This document shows, piece by piece, positions 18,752 through 27,790 of a stretch of 64,000 bases of DNA. The position numbers and the translations under genes were made by a program. Within the stretch, counting starts at the first letter, position 1, and every line of letters starts with the position of its first letter. This stretch comes from Truepera sp. (GTDB lineage Bacteria; Deinococcota; Deinococci; Deinococcales; Trueperaceae), in assembly GCA_965215315.1 (NCBI GenBank), contig CBDCDB010000008.1, positions 441,515 to 505,514 of the forward strand, in the 5' to 3' direction. A model generated the notes under the pieces. The model saw nothing but the letters and a program-made list of their open reading frames with translations. It was not told where the DNA came from and made no database searches.

Positions 18752-19633
18752 ATGATACGTCACGCACTCACGCAGTTTAAGCCGCATAAGTCGCAGCTAG
18801 AGAAGAATCTGGCGCGGCTTTCAGACATCGTTCGGCAGCTATCGGATGAGCAAGTAGATGCGCTGACGCTCCCTGAAACCGCGCTGACCGGCTACTTTTT
18901 GCAGGCAGGTGTGCGCGAGCAGGCGCTGACTGCCGAAGGACTTTTTGAGCATTTACAACACGCCGTAAGTGAGGCCGGACGCAGCGACCCCCTCGACATC
19001 TGCATCGGGTTTTATGAACGCGAGGGCGGCGCATTTTTTAACAGTGCGCTGTACGCCGAGTTCAACACGCCGAACGCAGGTATCCGGCACGTCCACCGTA
19101 AACTGTTCCTGCCGACCTACGGGGTTTTTGATGAGGAGCGCTACGTCTCTCGTGGTTGGCGTTTAGACGCCTTCGACACCCGCTTCGGGCGTGCCGGAGT
19201 GCTCATCTGCGAGGACGCCTGGCACGCTTCGACGGCGGCGGTGCTGGCGCTTAAAGGAGCGGATATTCTCTATATTCCGACCGCGAGCCCAGTACGCGAC
19301 CTGACCGGCGCGGAGCCTGTCAACGCTCGCCGCTGGGAGGACACCGCCAAAGGTATCGCCGCCGAACACGGTGTTTACGTCCTGACGACCTGCCTTACCG
19401 GGTTCGAGGGGGGCAAGGGCTTTTCGGGGATGTCGCACGTGATGGATCCTTACGGCGTCGTGGTAGCGAAGGGTGAACTGTTCGACGAGCAGATTATTGT
19501 GACCGACGTGCATTTGGAGAGTATCCAGACCGCCCGCTATGAGAATCCGCTCCTCGCTGATCTACGGACAAATCTACCTGAGTTGGTACGAGCGTTTCAA
19601 GAAGTAGGCGAAGCACAGGAGACCGTAAAATGA
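18752..19633 (+). CDS. Carbon-nitrogen hydrolase (nitrilase superfamily). Probable glutaminase subunit for the adjacent NadE
   Basis: ..LTLPETALTGYF.. (Glu), ..RHVHRKLFLPTYGVFDE.. (Lys), ..VLICEDAWH.. (Cys) form the catalytic triad. Its stop overlaps the nadE start (ATGA at 19630). Confidence 0.85.
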   Translation: MIRHALTQFKPHKSQLEKNLARLSDIVRQLSDEQVDALTLPETALTGYFLQAGVREQALTAEGLFEHLQHAVSEAGRSDPLDICIGFYEREGGAFFNSALYAEFNTPNAGIRHVHRKLFLPTYGVFDEERYVSRGWRLDAFDTRFGRAGVLICEDAWHASTAAVLALKGADILYIPTASPVRDLTGAEPVNARRWEDTAKGIAAEHGVYVLTTCLTGFEGGKGFSGMSHVMDPYGVVVAKGELFDEQIIVTDVHLESIQTARYENPLLADLRTNLPELVRAFQEVGEAQETVK

Positions 19634-20511
19634 GCCGGACGCTAGACCGCGACACTGAAACGTTGCCCATCTTAAGAGCTGAGGGCCGCCCGCGCAAATC
19701 GCTTACGATTGACCTCCCGGTGACAACAGATTTTTTAGTCGCTTTTTTACGCGATGAGGTCATGCGGCGCAAAGGTTTCGAGCGAGTCATCGTTCCGCTT
19801 TCGGGGGGTATCGACAGCGCCGTAACGATTTACCTGGCGGTGCGGGCGTTCGGGGCAGAGAACGTTCATGCGCTGCGTCTCCCCTATCAAACGTCGCATT
19901 CAGAATCTTTGACACACGCACAGCTTGTGATCGACGACTTGGGCGTTCCGTCTGAAACTGTCGATATCACCGGGATGGTGGACGGCTACGCAGCCCTAGT
20001 TTCCAACATGTCGCCGCTGCGTAAAGGCAATGTGATGGCGCGGGCCCGGATGGTCGTCGCCTTCGACAAGTCCGCCGAACTGAACGCCGTGCATTTAGGC
20101 ACCGGGAACAAGACCGAGCGGTTGTTCGGCTATTACACCTGGCACGACGTCGCCGACGCTGCGCCGGTCAATCCACTAGGCGACCTGTTCAAAACGCAGG
20201 TGCGGGCGTTGGCTGAGTACCTGGGCGTTCCGAAAGAAATCTCGCAAAAACCGCCGTCGGCAGACCTGGTAGTCGGGCAATCTGATGAGGCCGACCTGGG
20301 TATTTCGTATGAGCGGGCCGATACGATATTGATTCATCACTTGGCTGGTTTTGAAGACGGATATATTCAGGGTTTGGGGTTTACTGAGGCGGAAATCAAA
20401 TTGGTCAAAGGATTGGTTGCTAAAACACACTGGAAACGCGAACTGCCGATTTCGGCGCTGGTCTCGAGCACTGCTATCAATGAGTTTTACTTGCGTCCGG
20501 TGGATTACTAA
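19630..20511 (+). CDS. nadE: NAD+ synthetase, single-domain NadE
   Basis: ..VIVPLSGGIDSAVTIYLA.. is the PP-loop SGGxDS motif. Matches the NadE family. Confidence 0.9.
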   Translation: MSRTLDRDTETLPILRAEGRPRKSLTIDLPVTTDFLVAFLRDEVMRRKGFERVIVPLSGGIDSAVTIYLAVRAFGAENVHALRLPYQTSHSESLTHAQLVIDDLGVPSETVDITGMVDGYAALVSNMSPLRKGNVMARARMVVAFDKSAELNAVHLGTGNKTERLFGYYTWHDVADAAPVNPLGDLFKTQVRALAEYLGVPKEISQKPPSADLVVGQSDEADLGISYERADTILIHHLAGFEDGYIQGLGFTEAEIKLVKGLVAKTHWKRELPISALVSSTAINEFYLRPVDY

Positions 20512-20521
20512 GGTCGGTACG

Positions 20522-21169
20522 GTGAGTGTGTTGCCAGACCATCTTGTGATTGGCGCGGCCTCGCTCGAGCAGGGCGCAGCTTACGTTCAGGAACGGTTGG
20601 GCCTCGCAGTTTCCGGCGGCGGCGAACACCCGCTGATGGGCACACACAACCGCTTGCTGAAACTGGGCGAGGGGGTGTTTCTCGAGGTCATCGCCGTCAA
20701 TCCGGACGCGCCCGCACCTGAGCGGCCCCGCTGGTTCGGCCTCGACGACCCTTGCGTCCGGGAGAGTCTAGCACGGCGTCCGAGGTTGCTGGGTTGGGTC
20801 GTTCGTACCCCCAATATTGCCCAGGTACAGGCCAAAACCTCATTTTCGTTCGGTGAAGCTGTCCCCGTAAACCGTGGCACGCTCAGCTGGCACTTCGGCC
20901 TGCCCGACGACGGTCGCTTGCTGGCGAGTGGAATGCTGCCCTACTTCCTCACCTGGTCTACATCTGAACATCCCGCTGAACAGCTCGCGAATTCAGGTTG
21001 CACCCTCGAGCGCCTAGAAATCTTCCATCCCTACACCACCTGGCTGACGCAAAATTTGAAGGCTATCGGCGCTGCCGATTTGGTGAAGCTGACGCCGCTC
21101 GAGGACGACACAGCCCCTTGTTTACGGGCACATATTCGTACCCCTACCGGGCTAAAAACGCTAGACTGA
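20522..21169 (+). CDS. VOC/glyoxalase-like domain protein. Start uncertain, GTG/TTG near 20522-20531
   Basis: ..HLVIGAASLEQGAAYVQERLGL..HNRLLKLGEGVFLEVIAVNPDAP.. Begins right after the nadE stop in the same orientation. Confidence 0.6.
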   Translation: MSVLPDHLVIGAASLEQGAAYVQERLGLAVSGGGEHPLMGTHNRLLKLGEGVFLEVIAVNPDAPAPERPRWFGLDDPCVRESLARRPRLLGWVVRTPNIAQVQAKTSFSFGEAVPVNRGTLSWHFGLPDDGRLLASGMLPYFLTWSTSEHPAEQLANSGCTLERLEIFHPYTTWLTQNLKAIGAADLVKLTPLEDDTAPCLRAHIRTPTGLKTLD

Positions 21170-21195
21170 CACCCTATTTCAGAACGAGGTAAAAG

Positions 21196-21564
21196 ATGAC
21201 GCTGACACCGGAAAGCTTTATCGGGTTTTACCCGTGCCGCGATTTGAAACGAACGACTGAGTTTTACGGGGCTTTGGGTTTAGCAGTTGCCAGAAACCAA
21301 AGTAGCTGCATCATCTTCCGGGTCGCAACGAGCGGATTTTTAGGGTTTTGCCAACATGATAAAGCGCTTCCCGAACACCCCGGCCTCATTCTGACGCTAG
21401 TGCTGGACGATGTAGACGGCATGTACCAAAAGCTTACCAAGCTAGGCGTGACGACCGAAGCACTGCCCAAACTAAACGAACGTTTCGGCATTTATCACTT
21501 TTTTGCTCGTGACCCGGACGGCTACCGGCTCGAGTTTCAGCGCTCTAGCGACCCACTAACCTAG
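21196..21564 (+). CDS. VOC family protein (glyoxalase/bleomycin-resistance fold)
   Basis: ..GFYPCRDLKRTTEFYGALGL..GYRLEF.. is a VOC fold signature. Confidence 0.75.
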   Translation: MTLTPESFIGFYPCRDLKRTTEFYGALGLAVARNQSSCIIFRVATSGFLGFCQHDKALPEHPGLILTLVLDDVDGMYQKLTKLGVTTEALPKLNERFGIYHFFARDPDGYRLEFQRSSDPLT

Positions 21565-21653
21565 CTGGATCATTGAGCACGGTCAATTCCAAAAGGTCTA
21601 AACTTCAGGTTAGTGACCGCACTGCCTTGCCGTAAGAAATCCGCGACCTGCTA

Positions 21654-21728
21654 GCTATAGCAGGTATCAGCTGGTCGGCAGCACCCCTGGTCTAAGTTTC
21701 GTTGATCAGTAAGTACATTCTGCGATGA
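21654..21728 (+). repeat. Small dispersed repeat (SRE/MITE-like), copy A, 5' partial
   Basis: TATAGCAGGTATCAGCTGGTCGG.. is shared with copies at 21729, 30550(-), 37500, 42069 and 58684(-). Confidence 0.75.
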
Positions 21729-21866
21729 TATAGCAGGTATCAGCTGGTTTGAGCCGCTCTGGGAAAATGATGGTCGTTCCTGCGGAGAACTTCGTACACT
21801 AGCACGCACCCCTAAGAGATGATAGCTGCGAGCTTCGCGCTCAGCAGGTGTGATAACTGCTATATT
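21729..21866 (+). repeat. Small dispersed repeat (SRE/MITE-like), copy B, full length about 138 bp with short terminal inverted repeats
   Basis: 5' ATATAGCAGGTATCAGCTGGTTTGAGCC.. and internal ..CTAGCACGCACC..GATGATAGCTGCGAG..; 3' ..AACTGCTATAT (inverse of the 5' TATAGCAG). Confidence 0.8.
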
Positions 21867-22804
21867 CGTGGCAATCTTTTATGGAAATGCTAGTAAAGTG
21901 CAGCTCGACGCCGGGTTGACCCTTGAAAAAGCCGCTTCTGACAAGCGTGGCGACAAAATACGCGACGTAAATTAACCTGGGTTCGGAGTTGTTTTTACGT
22001 CGGGCACGCGAATCCTGTACTTTCGGTGACTGACGACCGTTTCAAGGATTGTGCTTTCGCTATTTAAGACTAAGCGAGCGTTTTAGCCTCAGGCACGCCT
22101 TACGCTTGTAAAAGCAAACCCGGCAGAGACGGAAAACCTATCCCCGGAGAAACCTTGAACTCAGGTTAAATCAGGACGGCGAGTCCGTGCTGCCACGGTG
22201 CGAGCGAACGGGTGCTGGCGAGGAACTCGAGGCCCGGCACACGCGGCTAAGGGTTGCCGCAAAAAGTAGAAGCTCAGCACGACAATAAAACCAAGTACGC
22301 GCAGCACCACCGGAATCATCTGCAAGGTGCTGCGCTCCAAGTACGCAATCCCACCCTGGTCGTTTCATTTGCCGATGCGCCGCAGGGCGCTGCCGACCGT
22401 TGTTTTATGATCTCCGCTGTTCCGAACATACGCTTCCGTAGGGGTACCGGGCGCGTTGATTACCGTAGGGGCAGGCGTCGGGTGGTTCCCTGAGGCGTCT
22501 ATAACATAGCGAGTTCTGCAGGCAAGGCAGTATGAATGAGCAGGCAACGCTTCAAGCGAAGGCGTTTCAAGTAGGGGTCGGTATGAAGGCTGGACTTCAC
22601 CCGTAAATGGACGCCCCTAACCTACCCTTAGCTGCCGTAGAAAATGCGAGCTGAACGGTAAGGGTGACTCGAGCCTCAGCTTCAATCCGTTGCGGCTTGT
22701 TACCGAACTTCAGCCGGTCGGTGCTGCAGCTGACAAAAGCCGAAATTAGAGCAAACGTGTTACGGCTTGCTGAGTTATGCGTCTGAAAACGTCAGGCTAC
22801 GGTC

Positions 22805-23413
22805 ATGGCCAAGCTCCTTCCTGAATTTTTTCGCCGTGATGACGAGCAGCCCGACGGCCTTTTCTACGCCAAACCCCGGTTTATGACGCATCTCGGGCCA
22901 GGGGCTTCGGGCGCAGCGTTTGACCGCTACGAAGAGTTACTCCCGAAAGACGGTTACATTCTCGACCTGATGGCGGGTTATGTGTCGCATTTACCGGAGA
23001 CGTTTGAACGCGTTACCGGTCTGGGCCTTAACCACGACGAGCTAGGGCATAACCCGCGCCTCGACGACTACCTCGTGCTAGACCTCAACCAACCGGGATT
23101 TCTACCTTTCGCCGATGAGATGTTTGATGGCGTTGTCTGCACTGAAGGTATACCGTACCTGACGCAGCCGCTTACCACCTTTGCCGAGGTCGGGCGCAGC
23201 TTAAAGCGTGGCGCGCCCTTCGTCGTCGCCTTTTCAAACCGGATGTTTGAGTCCAAGGCGGTACTGGCGTGGCGCTCGGTGGACGACGCAGCCCGCGTAC
23301 GGCTCGTGCGTTCTTATTTTGAGGCGACCCCGGCGTTCGGTAGCACGCACAGTATGCACTTCGAACCCGCCGACGGCGACCCGCTCTACACGATCTGGGC
23401 GTTTAAGCGCTAG
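22805..23413 (+). CDS. Class I SAM-dependent methyltransferase-like protein
   Basis: ..DGYILDLMAGYVSHLPE.. (SAM-binding motif I-like) and ..FDGVVCTEGIPYL.. Follows the long ORF-free region. Confidence 0.6.
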   Translation: MAKLLPEFFRRDDEQPDGLFYAKPRFMTHLGPGASGAAFDRYEELLPKDGYILDLMAGYVSHLPETFERVTGLGLNHDELGHNPRLDDYLVLDLNQPGFLPFADEMFDGVVCTEGIPYLTQPLTTFAEVGRSLKRGAPFVVAFSNRMFESKAVLAWRSVDDAARVRLVRSYFEATPAFGSTHSMHFEPADGDPLYTIWAFKR

Positions 23414-23570
23414 CTGAAGCTGGTATCAAGAAGCGTAAATCAGGTAGATTCTGAAAGCAATCAGGTTTTACGGCGGTTTTCACGCTAAAAACGTCCCCGT
23501 AAACGTCAGCAAAACTCGAGCCGTCCTAGCTCTAAGCCCACATAAAATCCCGGCAACGTAAACTTAACGG

Positions 23571-24713
23571 ATGCGTGTTACGTTTCTCTCAAACGGTTAC
23601 GGTGAAGATACAGTCGGTGTGCAGTTGGCTGAGGCGTTGCGGGCGTTCGAGCCCACCCTGACGTTGCAGGCGTTTCCTACCGTCGGTTTAGGCCACGCTT
23701 ACACTCGAGCAGATATCACGCTGACCGGAACGCGTTGTAATCTTCCGAGTGGCGGCCTGATGCTGCACAGCCTGAGCGCCTTCCGAGGCGATATGCGCTC
23801 GGGGTTTGTCCCGCTGACCTGGCGACAACTGCGTGACCTCAGACGTTTAGCGACGGATGTGCTTATCGTCGTCGGTGATGTTTACGCGCTGCTGCTCGGC
23901 AACCTCGTTCGGGCGGAGCGGCGGTTTTACGTGCAGACGCTCGTCTCGAGCCACCACTCAGCCCAAAGTGCGCCCGCCGATAAACGCTACCTCCGCCCCA
24001 ACCGCTACTTTATGGAGCGCTTTAGCACACCTGAAAAAGTGTTGATGCGCCGCAACGTTCACACCTACGTCCGGGACGCGCCCACCGCAGCGTTTTTGAC
24101 GCGGTCGGGGCTCGAGGTCAGTGCGCTGGGCAATCCTATGTTGGACGCCATAAAACCGGTTGTTCCCCTACCTCTGCCCCTCACGTCGCCTGTGGTAGCC
24201 CTGTTGCCGGGAACGCGGCGTTACAAGGCGGCGGCTTTGGAGACGATGCTGGCAGCACTGGCGACCTGGCCCGAGGCAACCGGGCTCGTCGCCTGGACGG
24301 ACGCGGCACCCCCGGACGCCCGTTGGGAGATTGTAGCAGACGGTATCTGGCGGCGTGGCGAGCGTCTTTGGCTCGTCTCGAACCGCTTTGCCGAGGTGCT
24401 GAGCGCAGCCGACCTGGTGCTAAGCACTGCCGGGACTGCCAGCGAGCAAGCTGCAGCGCTCGGGCGGCCCGTCGTCGCGTTTCCGGTTCCGCCGCTCTAT
24501 ACGGAGGCATTTCTGGTCAATCAGCAGCGGCTGTTAGGCGACGCACTTATACGCTGCCGGGCTGAGCCGCACGCTTTAGGGGCGGCGCTACGCGACCTTT
24601 GGCACGACCCGGCGCGTTATCACGCTGCGTCCGAGGCGGGGCGGGCGCGTATGGGCGAGGGTGGGGGCGCGGCTACCATCGCCGCCGACATTTTGAGGCG
24701 GGCCAAACTCTGA
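23571..24713 (+). CDS. Lipid-A-disaccharide synthase-related (LpxB-like, GT-B fold) uncharacterised protein
   Basis: MRVTFLSNGYGEDTVG.. N-terminus; ..LLPGTRRYKAA.. and ..LVLSTAGTASEQAAALGRPVVAFP.. resemble the LpxB/TIGR03492 family. Confidence 0.6.
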   Translation: MRVTFLSNGYGEDTVGVQLAEALRAFEPTLTLQAFPTVGLGHAYTRADITLTGTRCNLPSGGLMLHSLSAFRGDMRSGFVPLTWRQLRDLRRLATDVLIVVGDVYALLLGNLVRAERRFYVQTLVSSHHSAQSAPADKRYLRPNRYFMERFSTPEKVLMRRNVHTYVRDAPTAAFLTRSGLEVSALGNPMLDAIKPVVPLPLPLTSPVVALLPGTRRYKAAALETMLAALATWPEATGLVAWTDAAPPDARWEIVADGIWRRGERLWLVSNRFAEVLSAADLVLSTAGTASEQAAALGRPVVAFPVPPLYTEAFLVNQQRLLGDALIRCRAEPHALGAALRDLWHDPARYHAASEAGRARMGEGGGAATIAADILRRAKL

Positions 24714-24944
24714 GAAGCGTTCGCTTGCTGGGGTTCCACCCTTTAACCTTAAGTTTTAGACATCAGAAAGACACCAATCTCTCACACAAGTACCGAGGTG
24801 TTGCTGGTTTTCTAGGCGACTGACATGCGCTCAGTAAACCTCGAGACGTCCCAAAACTCCCTGACACCTTCTCTTTTCTTCCCCTCAGCACGCGCTTTTT
24901 TATGAACTGCTGGGGGGCGGTTACAAAACGCTGACAAAAAGTGT

Positions 24945-24973
24945 ACTGTAGTTTCTGTGGCAGAAACTGTATG
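24945..24973 (+). promoter_or_regulatory. Imperfect hairpin/palindrome upstream of the acidic secreted protein gene
   Basis: ACTGTAGTTTCTG-TGG-CAGAAACTGTAT forms an 11-bp stem with wobble pairs, in a 390-bp lower-GC intergenic region. Confidence 0.3.
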
Positions 24974-25103
24974 AGTGAATTAAGATTCCGTTAAGCTTGA
25001 CCGTGCATACTTGACTGAGTTAGGTAGCTGGACTATAGCTACCGCCGAAGAGTCTGGATAGTTCAAGTTTCGCAGACCCTGAGGATGTAAGTGAAAGGTC
25101 GAT

Positions 25104-26381
25104 GTGAACAGAGTTTTGAAAACCCTCTTTGCCGCTTTGGTCGGTTTAACTCCGGTCTCTTTGGCCGCGGACGGACTCGCTGACGAGACTACAGTTACGA
25201 TTACGAATGAAAACGTAAGCGCCGTCTTAGGGTTTGGCACGGTATCAGATGGCAAATTAACGCTCGAGCTTTCCGGTGCGCCTGGATCAAAGGTATCGCT
25301 CCTTTTTGTTGGCCCTCAAGGTGAAGTCATCCCATTATCGGGAGTTGTGCAGAACGATGGGACTTTGAAGGTCGAAGACGGTGGGCAAGAGGTCGAGTTA
25401 GCTGTGTGGCTCGGGTCGAGAAACGTCGGACTGTCGCAGAGCTTAGCCAACCAAATCGCGCCCGAAGACAACGATGACCGGCAGCTCGAGCGCGTTCCTG
25501 AAGCCGAAATGCCGCTAATGAATCCTGCAAGACCCGATATGGGCGGCGAATCGGGCGTCGAAAGTGCGCTCCCACAGGAGACAACAGCACCCCAATCACA
25601 ACCTCAGGAACAAGCCCAACCCGGCGTAGAAACTGGTACGGCGGCTGGCGCTGCACCGGACGCGGCGCTGCCCGGCACCGTACCGACCGACCCCCTTACC
25701 GGCGAGCCTTCCGCCGACAGTGCTGCGGGTGCCGACCCGGTACTCGGCGACCCGGTAGTAGATGAACCAGTCTTTGACGACGGCACGACCAGCGACGGTT
25801 CAGCTGAAGGTACGGACGGCTCCGAAACGACAGATACTGACGCAGGAGACGCCGACACAGAAAATCCTGATACAGCAGCGCCTGAAACGACGGATACGCC
25901 TACCACCGCGCCAGACGAAGATACGCAGGAGACGCCGCCGGATGATGATTCCAGTACCGGTTCTGAAGATACGGGTCAGGACTCCGGTTCTCAAGACGAC
26001 GGTTCTCAAGACGACGGTTCTGCCGGGAGTGGTGAAGACGCCGGAGAAACTCCGACAGAAGCGCCCGCTGAAGACGGCGGCTCGGATGAAAGCGGGGATG
26101 ACGGAAGTGCGGGGGAAGATGGTGGCGCAGAGACTGCGCCGCCGCCCATCCCCGAACCCGAACCGAGCGATCCCGGCTCGGGAGCTTCAGATAGCAGTGA
26201 CGAAGACAATACGCCTCCCGCGGACGATGGTACTGCGGGAGGCGCACCTGATGAGGGTGCGGGTGCTGCGCCTGAGGCACCGGCAGATGACGGTGCAGGC
26301 GGCGCTGAAGACAGTGCTGAAGACAGCGGTGCTACCGACGACTCTGGCGGCGTGTCCGAACCTACGCCTGAAAATCCTTAA
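25104..26381 (+). CDS. Secreted protein with a folded N-terminal domain and a highly acidic, low-complexity D/E/T/G/S/P-rich tail of about 300 aa
   Basis: Signal peptide MNRVLKTLFAALVGLTPVSLAADG. Tail contains tandem repeats such as DSGSQDDGSQDDGS; the DNA shows a 15-bp tandem repeat near 25985-26015. Confidence 0.75.
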   Translation: MNRVLKTLFAALVGLTPVSLAADGLADETTVTITNENVSAVLGFGTVSDGKLTLELSGAPGSKVSLLFVGPQGEVIPLSGVVQNDGTLKVEDGGQEVELAVWLGSRNVGLSQSLANQIAPEDNDDRQLERVPEAEMPLMNPARPDMGGESGVESALPQETTAPQSQPQEQAQPGVETGTAAGAAPDAALPGTVPTDPLTGEPSADSAAGADPVLGDPVVDEPVFDDGTTSDGSAEGTDGSETTDTDAGDADTENPDTAAPETTDTPTTAPDEDTQETPPDDDSSTGSEDTGQDSGSQDDGSQDDGSAGSGEDAGETPTEAPAEDGGSDESGDDGSAGEDGGAETAPPPIPEPEPSDPGSGASDSSDEDNTPPADDGTAGGAPDEGAGAAPEAPADDGAGGAEDSAEDSGATDDSGGVSEPTPENP

Positions 26382-26393
26382 GGGGCCCCGGGG

Positions 26394-26882
26394 ATGCACG
26401 CGCGAAAAATTCTGGGTGTCTGGGCCGTTTGTGGAGCCGTGTGCGGTTTCACACCGCTGCTTTTTGGAGAGGCTTTTAGAGGGCCTTTTTACGCGGCTGC
26501 CGCGTCTCCGGGGGTTCAAGACGCCGCCGCAACCGTTGAAGACGAGCGTGTGGTCAAGTTTTTCTTTTCTGATGGTGCGTGGGGCGGTGTGCCTTTCTCC
26601 GAAGCGGAAAAGCAAAAGGTGATCGTCGAGGCGATGCTGAGCGGCAAAGCAGCTCGAATCGAGAACGAAGTGACCCATCTGCTCAGCGCACCCGACGCTA
26701 GGGTACGTCACTTTACGGCGGTCTTTGAGGTTGACGGAAGTGTGCAGCCCCCCGAGATGCATTTAGGGTACGAACTCGAGCTGCTCGTTCCCTACAGCCG
26801 CAAACCCCTAAGTGTCGAACTCGAGAACGCTGAAACCGGGATCGTCAACCGGGTCGAGATCGAACCGGATGACGCCTTATAA
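26394..26882 (+). CDS. Hypothetical exported protein (162 aa)
   Basis: Hydrophobic N-terminus. Located between the acidic protein and the two-component system in the same orientation. Confidence 0.5.
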   Translation: MHARKILGVWAVCGAVCGFTPLLFGEAFRGPFYAAAASPGVQDAAATVEDERVVKFFFSDGAWGGVPFSEAEKQKVIVEAMLSGKAARIENEVTHLLSAPDARVRHFTAVFEVDGSVQPPEMHLGYELELLVPYSRKPLSVELENAETGIVNRVEIEPDDAL

Positions 26883-26934
26883 TGACCCACACATGATAGA
26901 GCCTAAATGATAGAGACCAGATGATAGGGCCCAA

Positions 26935-27597
26935 ATGAACAAGATTTTGGTGGTCGAAGACGATTTGCGTTTGGCAACGTTGCTCAAACAGGAGTTGAGC
27001 CAGGAAGGGTACAAGGTCGAGGCGGTTCACAACGGTACCGACGCGCTGCTCCGGGCCGACGCCGAGGCGTTCGATCTGGTGATCTTGGATCTCAACTTGC
27101 CTGACATCGACGGCCTCGAGGTCGCTGCGAGGCTCCGGCGCGACTCTGAAATCAGCATCTTGATGTTGACGGCTCGCGGCGACGTCAGCAGCCGCGTCGA
27201 GGGGCTTTACGCCGGGGCGAGCGACTACCTGACCAAACCCTTTAGTGTGCAGGAACTAAGGGCGCGGGTTCACGTGCGGTTGCGTGACAAAGGTCAACCT
27301 GCAGAGGTGCTGGCTTATGAGACGCTCACCCTCGAGCCCGCTGCGGGGCACTGCACAGTCGCAGGGACGGGGCTCCCTTTGACGTCGTTGGAGTTCAGGT
27401 TGCTCGAGCTGTTTCTGACCCACAAAGGCCGAATTTTTTCTAAGGAAGACCTTGAAGACCGGCTTTACGGCGCGGACAAGCTGCCGGGATCGAATACCGT
27501 CGAGGTGTTCGTGTCGAATTTGCGGCGTAAACTCGCCGCCGCTGGGGTGCAGGGGATGATTCAGACGGTACGTGGTATGGGTTACGTGGTGCGCTAG
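26935..27597 (+). CDS. OmpR-family response regulator
   Basis: MNKILVVEDDLRLA..LDLNLPDIDG.. is the receiver domain. C-terminal winged helix ..LTSLEFRLLELFL... Confidence 0.9.
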   Translation: MNKILVVEDDLRLATLLKQELSQEGYKVEAVHNGTDALLRADAEAFDLVILDLNLPDIDGLEVAARLRRDSEISILMLTARGDVSSRVEGLYAGASDYLTKPFSVQELRARVHVRLRDKGQPAEVLAYETLTLEPAAGHCTVAGTGLPLTSLEFRLLELFLTHKGRIFSKEDLEDRLYGADKLPGSNTVEVFVSNLRRKLAAAGVQGMIQTVRGMGYVVR

Positions 27598-27790
27598 GGC
27601 AAAAACAAGAAGTAAGAGGTTGCTGGGGCGTAGGTGCAGAGAGAGTTTGCTCGAGTTTGGAAATGTGTGGACAGATATAAGCTCAACCCGACGTTTAACT
27701 GTCTATTTCGGCTGGGTTTGCCCGCTACGGCTTTACCCGTTACGTTAACAGGCTCATCTATTTTGCGCGTGAAGCCGGTAAATTGAGCCT

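Noticed and set aside
21654-21760. Two direct repeats AGCAGGTATCAGCTGGT 72 bp apart looked like the start of a CRISPR array
   Set aside because: They are the 5' ends of two adjacent copies of the dispersed 110-140 bp repeat family. There is no regular repeat-spacer periodicity, only two units, and the same sequence occurs singly elsewhere.
22160-22260. GCCACGG / GC-rich stems reminiscent of a cobalamin riboswitch B12 box or RNase P-like helices
   Set aside because: Only a partial match to GCCACTG. The other conserved riboswitch or RNase P blocks (for example GGAAAGTCCGG, AGGGTGAAA) are absent, so the evidence is insufficient.
22420-22500. tRNA-like GC-rich segment
   Set aside because: No GTTCRANYC T-loop, no acceptor-stem complementarity and no CCA context.
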